From Bigelowiella natans CCMP2755 (Eukaryota > Protista > Cercozoa), in contig ADNK01000211.1 in assembly GCA_000320545.1 (NCBI GenBank), forward strand, positions 1-39,268: a DNA stretch of 39,268 nucleotides. Direction: 5' to 3'. The notes under the pieces are model-generated. The model was not told the origin of the DNA. It saw only the letters and a list, made by a program, of their open reading frames with translations, and did not search any database. Shown here one piece after another: positions 9,154-19,519 of this stretch (position 1 is the stretch's first letter; each line of letters starts with the position of its first letter). Made by a program: the position numbers and the translations under genes.

Positions 9154-9479
9154 TGTTGCGCGTAAGGTGTTCACAGGCCGAGGCGCTACGTGCACAAGTA
9201 GGCAGGGGGGGGGAAAGGCACGTTTGCTTCCTTTTGAAGAGTTGTGTTTATTTTTATTAAAGATTATATTTTTATTAAATCGTGCACTGCGTAATCATTC
9301 GCGAAGCTTTCGCGAATGCCGCCGCACGTGGGGCAGCACACTTCCGGTGTGCTGCCATGAGTCCCGCCGGAACCCACGTGCCTATGCTGTATTAATATCT
9401 ACGTTATCTATATTCTATATCCGCGACAACCCCTTTGTTGTCGCACGTGACTTGTGCCCGCGTAGTGGTACGCGCTACA
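9154..9479 (-). repeat. 5' LTR (326 bp)
   Basis: Identical by eye to 3764-4089. Confidence 0.97.
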
Positions 9480-9483
9480 TGCT
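9480..9483 (+). repeat. Right 4-bp target-site duplication (TGCT)
   Basis: Matches 3760-3763. Confidence 0.85.
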
Positions 9484-9836
9484 AGGAACAAGATCTGTGC
9501 ATGTGTGAGTACTAGAGTAGGCTAGTAGCTGGTGGCACATGTGTGCTAACAAGCGTAGCAGCTGATTCTGTTCCATGACACTGTTGTCATTATCATTGCT
9601 GCTCACACGCACTAGCGCATGCAGCTCGCACATGCACGTGCATGAAATGCTCAGCCGTTGTGGCGTCTAACTGCAGGTACATGTGCTTTCCATCAGTGTG
9701 ACGACGACATTCCTCAATGATTGTAATTTAGGACATTCGCAGTGTGACAGGGATGCCAGGTGCATGCACCGACGACCCAACAACCTGAAATGCTCAGTCC
9801 TCTCTTCCTTAGTCAAATCGTCTCATGCGTCAAAAA

Positions 9837-10627
9837 TCACTTCAACGCAGGCGTTCCCCACTGGCAGGACTGCTCGACCCCGAGGTTGTTGACACCTCGC
9901 GCCAGCTTGAACCACCCCTGCTCACCCCAGTAGGTGCCCCACGAGTTGCGGCCGATCCAGTAGTCGAGCCCCGTCTCCTCGTCATGGCCATAGCCCGCAA
10001 TGGAGATGGAATGGTCCATCTGGGTGCATCCTGACTTGTCAAGGAAGACGCCGCCGGTGTACTGCTCAAACTCAGGAGTCACGCAGATCGAGCAGGCGAT
10101 GGGCCCGCGCGCGCCGATCTCGGCGACCATGGCGTCGTGGTTTGCCTTGGCGTCCGAGGCGTTGATGACCCCGTACTCGTCGACGAAGATCTTGGTGAAG
10201 TTGTTCTGGCCGCTGGGGCTCCCCATTGCGAAGCATCCCTTGCCGCGTACACAGTTTTGGCAGACTCCGATGTCATCGCACTTGAAGTCGTCGTAGAGGT
10301 TCTTGGCCTGGTAGTTCTGGCAAGTCTCATGCACAGCGCCGTTCGCATGGATCCATGGGTAGACGTCAGCAGGGTCGCCTCCCTTGCAGCCTCCAGCGCC
10401 CTGGGACTGATCGCTGGGTGGCGGCATGCAGTTGACGAGCTGTGGCAACGATTATTGAAACGGTGTCGTCATCGTCAAATCAAATGGTAGGAGGGAGGTG
10501 ACGAGACGAAATGCGGGGTAGGCAGGGTGATGTGGAGGCTAGCCTTTACTCCATGTGAACATGCATACATACATACACGCATAGAAGTTTAAAGGGAAAT
10601 TCTTGGTAAAAAATCTCTGAAAACGAT

Positions 10628-10674
<47 letters not shown>

Positions 10675-12620
10675 CTGCTGGGGAGAGAGGAAGACGTGTG
10701 GGAAGGCATTCTTTCGAGCCAACTGGAAGCGATCATTCAGAGCAGAGGTTGTCGCATGAGCCCAGCAGCTTCCACAGTACCTAAACAGGAACAATGATGA
10801 TTACGAGGAGTTCAGGACGACGACAATGCTGTACTGCTCGCACCACATCGCAGTTATCACGTTCTCATCGTCATCGTCATGATCACAATCATTACTGAGG
10901 AATATGCTGGTTGCGATCTGGAGAGGCATAGTTGACTTTGTCAGGTCCCACAGCTCTGATGTCGAAGGATGCAGGGGCGTCTTCCAGCTTGGGGAGGGGG
11001 CTCACGACGCGCGTCTCAGGATCGGCGCTCATTTGCTTGCCGCCAGAAGGACGAGCCGAGTAGTCGAAGAAGGTCCCGGTAGGAATAGAGGCGTCTACTG
11101 TGAACGCCGCATCCTCGCCACGCTGTAGTGTCCGTTGTTGCTGCTGCATCTTGGAAGGGGTAGCCCACGAGCAGCTCTGCTCAACCCCTAGATTCTTCCC
11201 GCCCATGCGGATCTTCGCGAAGCCGTCCTCGCCCCAGTAGGTTCCCCACGAGTTGCGGATGATCCAATACTCGCCATGGTCCGGGTCGGTGCCCCACCCC
11301 ACGATGCTGAGGATGTGGTTTGGCATGGGGAGCAGCACCCTCTGCTCGAAGATTCCGCCAGGGTAACTCTCCACGGCCTTGGTTGTCCCGAATGCCTCGA
11401 GCTCGTCGGTTGCGTGGATGCCGCAAGCCAGCGGCCCGTTTTGATAGATCTCCGCCTTGAGCTTCTGTGCGCTAGCGACTGGCTGCGCCTTCGCGTCGAG
11501 GTCGGATCCGCCGTCCGCGTATCCATACTCGGCGAGAGTCCACAGGGTGGGGTTCTTTATCTGCGCGCATGTGCCATTCGGGGAGCAAGTCTCGCAAACG
11601 CCGAGAGGGCTGCAGTCGTTCCCGTCATTTGTCGCTTCGTAGTTCTGCCACCACAGACAAAATGGTGAGGAGGAGGAGGATACCCACTTATTATCATCAT
11701 CGTCATCGCCATCATTATTGCTCATCACAGGCAGCAATGGCAATAGCAGCATGTATTGTTGGTATTAAAGTTGCACCTGGCAAGTCTCATCAGGAAGACC
11801 ATGACGCTCAAGATAATCGAAAACTCCACCCACGTTTCCACCGTTGCAAGAGCCGCCACCGCCACAGTTAATCAAAACCTGGATTTATGTAATCAATCGA
11901 TCATGAGTTCCTGTCGGTTGAAGCCGTAATTTCGTTGTTGTTGTTGTATTAGTAGTAGTAGTAGCAGCAGCTGCTGCAGTATTGATATTCACCTGTGGTG
12001 CGAGGATAGTTTCTGGGTAGCCGCCCTGTTCAATAGCAAACGTACTTTGAGAATATATCCAGGCACAGATACACACGCATATATAGATAGACAGGTAGAG
12101 ATAGAGAGAAGGAGAGAGAGACGGAGAGAGAGAGAGAGAGGGGAGAGAGAGAGACGTCTAAACAACCTTTTGAGCAATCTTGATTCGGTCGTTAAGCATA
12201 GAAAGGGTACCGAACGCCCAACATGCGCCGCAGTACTGTGGAATATCTGATGAAGATGAAGTTAATTAGCGAACTTTCGAGCAGCACGAGGTTATTCTTC
12301 TCGATTGTTGAAAGTAACTCAAAGAAAATAAACTGTCTTTTCGCAAATGATCCGAATTGCACTCGGAACATTTACTTTGAATCGCATTTTGACTGGAATT
12401 TGTTTTGTCATAATCATTTACGTTGATTGCGGCTTTCCGTTAGGAAGTTGGTTCCGTTGATGTTCCTCCAGTCCCAGTTGGCAGGCAGATCCGCTACGCT
12501 CATCAATTCATGCGCGCGCTTCTCCGACACGATGTTTTCCTTGTATAGCCAAGGTGTGCTGTTGAAGAACCTTGCGCTTGCTGGCGCAAGGAGGAGCAAG
12601 AGAGTGAGGGAGGGGAGCAT
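9837..12620 (-). CDS. CTSZ: Cathepsin Z/X-like papain-family (C1A) cysteine protease with two tandem catalytic domains; about 7 exons
   Basis: Signal peptide MLPSLTLLLLLAPASA. Domain 1: LPANWDWRN..RNQHIPQYCGACWAFG..NHILSIVGWG..IRNSWGTYWGE. Domain 2: RNQHIPQYCGSCWAH..DHSISIAGYG..GRNSWGTYWGE. The HIP insertion is characteristic of cathepsin X. Confidence 0.92.
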
Positions 12621-13164
12621 GGTTTCTGTGCCTCGGTTATGCCGCTGTTTCATTGTGCGACATGGTACAAAGGCGTTTTATCCCCTACGACTTTTAAAAC
12701 TCTTGCTTATCATGCATTTTCGTAGGTTATTTCTTCAAAAATATTATTTTTTACGGGAACCGTACTCTGAATGGGAAAAAAAAAAAGCGGCCTTGCCGTC
12801 GCAGCTCCTGCACTCGCGTGCAAGTGTGTCCAATTCCGAGTTGCGCACCGAAATGTTATTTTCGATGGAATTCCAGAAGAAAAAGGGTTTAATAATTCGG
12901 GAGATCAAAATCGCCGTCACGTTTTGAAAATTTGAATTTTCCTCAAAGAGGACCGAGCCGTCGCTCATTGCCCAGCCGCTGGCGTTTCGAGCTGGAGTCT
13001 TGACCGAAAATTCGGTCCGCGGGCGATCCGAGCCCCTGGGCCTACACATCCGTTCTCATTTGCTAGTTTGAAACCCCAATGCTGGGTACAGTGAGGGGTC
13101 ACAACTAAAGAGCAGTTGATGAAGACGGGGCGACTGGGCTATAATTAGGAAACCTCACAGTCAG

Positions 13165-13595
13165 ATGCCGGCTGTAAGAGTCGCCCCTCTGCTTTTTTGT
13201 TTCACATTGGGGCTCTTCGGCCCAGCCTGCGCACACGTATGCTGCAAACAGATAAGGAAGATAGAAGAGATAGGGGAGTTATGGGAGAAGGGCATGTCAA
13301 TGAACCAACATCCATACAGCAAACCTTTCTTCCTAATTTTCTCCCCGTCTCCATGTTGTCTTTCTGTCCACAGCTGGACGACTCGCGACATGGAAACATT
13401 CTTTCTGCTGATGCGGATGAGAAGATCAGCGACGCTGTTGCGGCTATACACATAAATGTTGCTACCTTTAACAACTCTCAAAAGAAACGCAGGGGGGGGG
13501 GCAAAACCAATGGGTCTACTTCTTCGGTCTGGAAGGTGGAAATCTTATTTTCGAGTTTGGATTATACTATTACTTGATTTATTAGAGAGTTTAAG

Positions 13596-13676
<81 letters not shown>

Positions 13677-14150
13677 ATATGTATATTTATAACATACACG
13701 TAGACACACGTCCACAAATGCAGCAGATTCTTAATACTGCAAATTTTGTGCACGCCACGCTTCCACCATATCACACTTACCTACATACGTAAAATCTCGA
13801 TACAACACTCCATGTCCTCAGCCTCGATTTGTTTATCGCTCGCATAGGTCCCGGGGGGGCGGACGCACAAAGCAATGCGGACGCAGTTTGTGAGCACGCG
13901 AAATATGACAAAGAGCGAGGCTCGACGAGAGGCCGAACACTATCTTGCCAAGCAGGCTGCTAACGAGCTTATCATGCAGAAGCATGGTGTATCCCTGTGT
14001 GGCAATGCAGGCTGCTTTCGGGAGCAAACCACGGCGGAGAAGAGCGAGGAGGAGGGGGGGGGTGGCGAGGAGGAGGAAGAGCGCCACTTGGACTCCGAGC
14101 AAAGAAAGAAGCGGACAAGAAAGAAAAAGAAAAAGAAAAAGACCGAGTAA
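13165..14150 (+). CDS. Hypothetical ~178-aa protein with N-terminal signal peptide and acidic/poly-Lys C-terminus; 3 exons (13165-13236, 13374-13535, 13848-14150)
   Basis: Both GT-AG junctions are phase 0 and in frame: MPAVRVAPLLFCFTLGLFGPACAH|LDDSRHG...SSVWK|VPGGRTHKAMRTQF...RKKRTRKKKKKKKTE*. Confidence 0.6.
13603..13667. repeat. Compound (CT)n(CA)n microsatellite, intronic
   Basis: Visible directly; similar compound tracts at ~19482-19518 and ~21255-21314. Confidence 0.9.
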
Positions 14151-14557
14151 TTAATTGATGTTCTTGATCTTGCTGATGGATTGATTCTTTTGCTTTTGAG
14201 AAATGTAACTGTCATCATAATTATTCCATTTCTGTTCACCGCCCCGCCCCCTCTCTTCTCGCTCGCTTTTCCAGCGTCAAATGGCGGCTGAGCCTACAAA
14301 AGGCAGCGGATGGCAACAACTACTACGTTTTGACGAACGAGTGCGTAGTAGCATTAGGAAAGATGCGGAAGATATATCCTCGGACACTCGAAAAATATAC
14401 ACACATAGTTTGACAGACTTTGAATAAATTTGTCCTATTTTGCAAAACATACCCCTGGGGTTCAAACGTGATCACCACCACCACCAGCAGCAGCAGGAGG
14501 AGGAGGAGGAGGAGGAGGAGTAGCAGGAGTGGTTGTTGGTGATCGATGCCAATATGA

Positions 14558-16309
14558 ATGGCTCTCCTAACCCTCCCCGCCATTATGCTACCCGGTAGGT
14601 ATAGCGAATCGGACGACGCTTACGACAATGGAGATATCCTGGAGAACGGCAACCATGATATTCTCCTTTACGTAGGTAGTGGAAGGAAAAATCCCTTATC
14701 TTACCTCTGCCGCCTCCCTTCCACTTTCTCTCGTACAATGCCAACATCGGACTACTATCATCATCAACGTTGTCGTCGTCGTCGTTATCATAATCCCCAT
14801 CCCTCGTCATCTCGCCAATAGCGATTTCATTTGCCGTTTGCATCAAAAACTACGACAGGCGCTGGTTTCCTGCTGTTCATTGTGGGCTGCTTCGTGTTCC
14901 AACTAGCCATGCACGCGCAGCACCTCCAGTGGGTGAAGATACAGCGGTGCTATCTCCGGATCATCTTCTTTGCGCCTCTGTATGCACTCTGCGCCTGGCT
15001 TAGCATCTGGCGCGCGCAGTATGCGGGCTATTTTGAGATCGCAAGAAGGTGGTTGCAGTCCTGAATTTGTGGTGATGATGCCGAAAGTACTGCCGGTGCT
15101 GGTGCAAGATCATCATCATTCTCATCAAAATAACCCACTCTCTCTTCACTTTTTTTTTTTTTTTCCCTGGTGCTGTTGTTCCTACTTCTCAGCACTTACG
15201 AAGGATACGTGCTCCTAGTCTTCGCTTTCATGATTCGCTACGCAGCAGGTGGGAGAGTAAGAGGAGGAGGAGGAGGAGGAGGAGGAGGAGGGAGGGGGAG
15301 GAGGAGAAGGAAGGGGGAGGGGGGGGAGATAAAAGCTTCGAGAGATAAAAGCTCAGAATTTATTTTGTATGAGAGGAGAGATAGGGAGCCTAGACCATGT
15401 ATAAGTAGATAAATCAACGTCTCCCCCCACCTTAGAGGCACAGCCATCTGGAGGATACGATGATGCTAGAAAGAGTGACGGGGGAGCAGGAGTACCTGTG
15501 GCAGGAGGAGCGGATGGGCCAGCGAAGAACCGAGAAGGAAACAACGACGATGATGATGATAATGACTGTGATTGTAGTGATAATGGTGAGGCTGGCGGCT
15601 TCCAGTCTTATCCTTCCTTTCCTTCCTCCGTCGATCATCGCGAGGCCCCGGCGAGATTTTATCTTTGCCCTTGCGCGTGCTCTGCCATTTGCGACTTCGA
15701 GGATCGCAACTTCGGATTGCAATTTGTAATACCCCCCCCCCTTCCCCCCCCCCTGCTGCCCGCCTTTTATCATACTGCAGCAATGAGAACCCCGGCCAAG
15801 AGTTCTACGACCGCCATAATATTCCGCTACTATGACAATTGCTTCCTTTCGTTTGGTTATTTCTTTGTGAGTCAATATTTCTGTGCTCCTCCTCCTCCTC
15901 CCCGTCCTCGTCGTTGTCAGTATATGTTCCTGGTGTATCAGTTCTGCGTGATCAAGCCGGTGGTGACCGTCGTTGCCAAGCTGCTCGAGGACGAGCACAG
16001 AATCATCCAGCAAGACATGTATCTCAAGACCACTGTCATCTTCAGCGTGACCGTGGCACTCATCGGTAGTCACGCAGCTGACGATATCATAAGAACGAGC
16101 ATCATATTCTATGTTAGAAGCCACGAAATCGCATGGTAGGAGGTGATGTTGTTCGGCCTATGCGAGAGACACTAACCATCGATATCCACCGCTGCGTTGC
16201 GGCGGCCTTCTACTGTAGGAATCATCAACATCTACATGAATCTGAAAGAAAAGTGCGAGATATTGAATCCCGGATCGAAAATCGGGTATACAATATTCAC
16301 ACACTAATA

Positions 16310-16358
<49 letters not shown>

Positions 16359-16374
16359 TTACATTTTATGTATT

Positions 16375-16422
<48 letters not shown>

Positions 16423-17172
16423 TAGCACATGTGGTGCCGTTTTCCTTGATTAATCGAAGGAGGTCCATGTGCTGACCGACCCGCATCTTTTCTTTAATAT
16501 GAGAGCCTCAAAACAAAAGCACGGGGATATCTTCTATTTTGCGGAGAATGGATTACTTTGAGTTTTTACTCCCTCTCCCCCTCCCTCGTTGCCAAATCCC
16601 CCTCCCCCCCCCCCTTTCTACTCCTGTTGCGTGTTGCTTTTGCGACTTCGCCCATTATAGACTGTTGAAGGGCGTCGTTTTCTTCACCGTCTGGCAGGAA
16701 GTGATCTTCCATATCCTCATCAGTGAGGGGTAAGTTGTTGTAGATGTGTCCCACCCTCACCCCGCAACTCCCTTCTTCTGAGTCATCTTTGTAAGAAGAA
16801 GAAGAAGGAGGGGCGTGTATCAACCTAAAGTATTGAACAGCATTGAATGAAACCCGTGCACCGGCGATAACTAAACGTATCTTCTCCTTTCTCCTGCACA
16901 GCGTTATTGAGTCCGTGTACTGCCGAGTTACGTGTGACAGTGGCGATGGAAATAGCGGGGGGGGAGGGGGGAGCGGGCAGTGTCCCAGCGTGTGCCGGCC
17001 TGACGTACCCCGTTCCGGTGTCCGTTCAGTAGCGATGCTGGTTGTGTTGGAGATGACTGTCCTCGCAGTCTGCAACTTGTGGGTATTTTCTCACAAGGAT
17101 CAAATACTCTCGATGGGGGGCAAGAGCGCGAGGAAAACAATGCAAAAGCACGTAAGAACTGCACTAATTTAG
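14558..17172 (+). CDS. TMEM184 / organic solute transporter alpha (Solute_trans_a) family membrane protein; multi-exon, both ends approximate (possible extra 3' exon to ~17395)
   Basis: IQRCYLRIIFFAPLYALCAWLSI..YFEIAR|STYEGYVLLVF..VYQFCVIKPVV..LLKGVVFFTVWQEVIF..MLVVLEM: typical TMEM184 motifs. Confidence 0.85.
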
Positions 17173-17700
17173 TATATTTAACAACTTCGGGGGAGAAGGA
17201 GGAGTAATGTGGAGTGTGTTTCAGCCGAAAATAGAGGAGAAGATCGGTCGGATAAGGGGGGAAAAAGAAAGCTCTTCGTCGTCGTGCCTTTGCTCTTCAA
17301 CCTCGTCATCGTTGCCTAGCCGTATGTGTTGGTTGTTGGTGTCCGTGCTGAATGTCTTTGACTTCTCTGACGATGAAGGTGCGGTGCGTATGTAGCAACA
17401 TGGATTGAAAAAATACTTTCCTCTGCAAGTTGTTGTACTCCTAAACATTCACTTTCCAACTGATACTTCTTGGTACCGTGAGCGATATTGTTCTCATCCA
17501 CGCCAACCACTAGACACACTTCGGCTTCAACATTTCACACTTACAACGTTTTTTGATAAATCCAAAGATGTGATGAACTTGTGATCAAGAGAAACGAGCC
17601 GTTGAAGAAAGCGATAGCAGCACCAGCATCGCTGGAACAACCTCTCCGCCATGGCTAATTTCTCAGCTGCCCATGTGCCTGTTCCGCTCCTCAGTTTACG

Positions 17701-18636
17701 GTTGCAATTCCAATGATCAATCATGTGTTGCGAAGTTGAGGATCATGACGCAGAAAAAAATGATTTGAGAACTCATCATGTGTTGAAAGCGCAGGGTCTA
17801 GATGGAGCGTGTGCATGTAGTTGCGACAGATCACACACGCCTAGACGCGACTGCACTGCACGAAGAAAAACAAGGTGCACGCAGGCTTCAACACAGTCAC
17901 ACGTGGCACGTGTGGACACATCATACACAACAGCTAGACAGAGCTAGCGTCATGGTGTCGCTCCTGCTGTGAGCACATCCCGACACATGCTGGAACACAG
18001 GAAGCACTTGATCTGAGAAGCTGTGGCTGCGCGCGTTCATTTCGTGCGCATGACTAGATGATCCCAGCCCAGACGTGCATGATAATCATCATGAAATCGA
18101 TTCACATTTGGCTGCTTGTCAAGATCAGCCTGCAGTTGGGCAGGAAAAAATGCAAGTCGAGATGATGTCGCGATGAATGTGAACGATGCGAATGCGCACA
18201 GCGGCGTGTGCGCTTGTCTGCAAAAGCACGCTTCCAAGTCTGCATCGCACAGGGAGCCCTGTCAACAGCACTCGAAACGTCGTCAGTTCGAACAACGAGC
18301 TTGATGTGCAAAAATTGAAACTTCATTGTGTGCAATTGATGCTCAACGCCAACAAACTGCCAGAGTGATCACAGGACTGCGCGCTGACTGACTAGCTGAG
18401 CGACTGAACCAAGTGAGCAGCTGAAAGGATCATTGGATGATTGAATGAATGAATGAACAAAGTGCTTTCAATGCTTCAGTTGAAAGGATCATCGGACTTG
18501 CTGACTCATCAACGTGCTCCCCTGGCCATGACAAGAAAGAGCAACCAAAGAAAGATCGAAGATTTGCTGTGCACCCGCTGCTCTGAATCCGGGAACAGGT
18601 GAGCTCATCCTCTCCGACTGACAAAGGTTCATGTCG
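17701..18636. other. Intergenic TpA-depleted island 1
   Basis: Manual count: 9 TpA in ~936 bp, 6 of them CTAG; CpG common. Confidence 0.85.
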
Positions 18637-18805
18637 TAATGTCAGAACGATGGGCGTTTATACTAGAAAATAATCAAGATTTTTTCTGGAGGAGGAGTGT
18701 GCTATTTTACTGGAGTGAAGGCATATTTCTTATGTCGCAGTATCGAATCGCACCTCATATTGTAAAACAGTTGCTGCCAAAAGTCGGGCCGCCCCATATC
18801 TCGCC

Positions 18806-19479
18806 ATGGATAGCGACGATGAGATCGATTTCTCACTGCCAAAGGGGGGGTTTGGGCGATCTGGTGGGCCGTCCAAGCTCGGGAAACTCTTCGATATGGA
18901 TGACCAGTACTCCACCAAAGGCAATACGTCTCTGAGCTACTCTGCGCCTACAAAGAAGAAGCAACAGCAAGATGGTCAGCAACTAAGACTGCGCGACGAT
19001 TTTAGTGTGTTTTGAGGCGCGGATGAAGCAAGGCGTACATTTATAGAAACGGCGATATTAACATGTAGTTGCAGTCGGGCATTTAAAATCTGATTCGGCG
19101 TTGCGCCGCACTTGGGAGAATTCTCGACTTAACCCTATTCTCATTCTTGATTCTCTCTTCCTCCTTTCCGCCACCATCTCCTAGAGCAAAAGACCGGCAT
19201 GCAGATGCTCCACGCATGCTACGCTGTCATCGTTCTCTACAAGAACGGGGTTAGAATGATTGCGTAATAAGCGCCAATAACACCGTTGTTCCCTGATTGG
19301 ACTGTTTGCGACTATCAGACACCGACAAATCTCGGCAACCACATGATATCGCTTGTGAGACTGCCCAATGACGGGCCGTTTCGCATGGTAGTACTGCACA
19401 TCCATTGTGTTTATTCGTTGCGACGACGACGAACGGCAGATTCTTTCTAACTCTAAATGCGCGCGAGTGCATGTATGTT

Positions 19480-19519
<40 letters not shown>

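Larger units (their letters stand above)
3764..9479 (-). mobile_element. Intact Ty3/Gypsy (Metaviridae-type) LTR retrotransposon, 5716 bp
   Basis: Two 326-bp direct repeats with TG...CA ends and 10/11-bp terminal inverted repeats (TGTTGCGCGTA / TACGCGCTACA), 4-bp TSD, PBS, PPT, and a single ORF in PR-RT-RH-IN order. Confidence 0.97.

Noticed and set aside
13202-13474. Minus-strand ORF resembling a small secreted Cys-rich peptide
   Set aside because: The plus-strand three-exon model has canonical in-phase splice sites over the same DNA; this is most likely its antisense shadow
17701-18636. Explaining the TG/CA-rich islands by CpG methylation decay or RIP
   Set aside because: CpG remains frequent and TpA is lost rather than gained; some CpG decay may contribute but cannot produce this pattern
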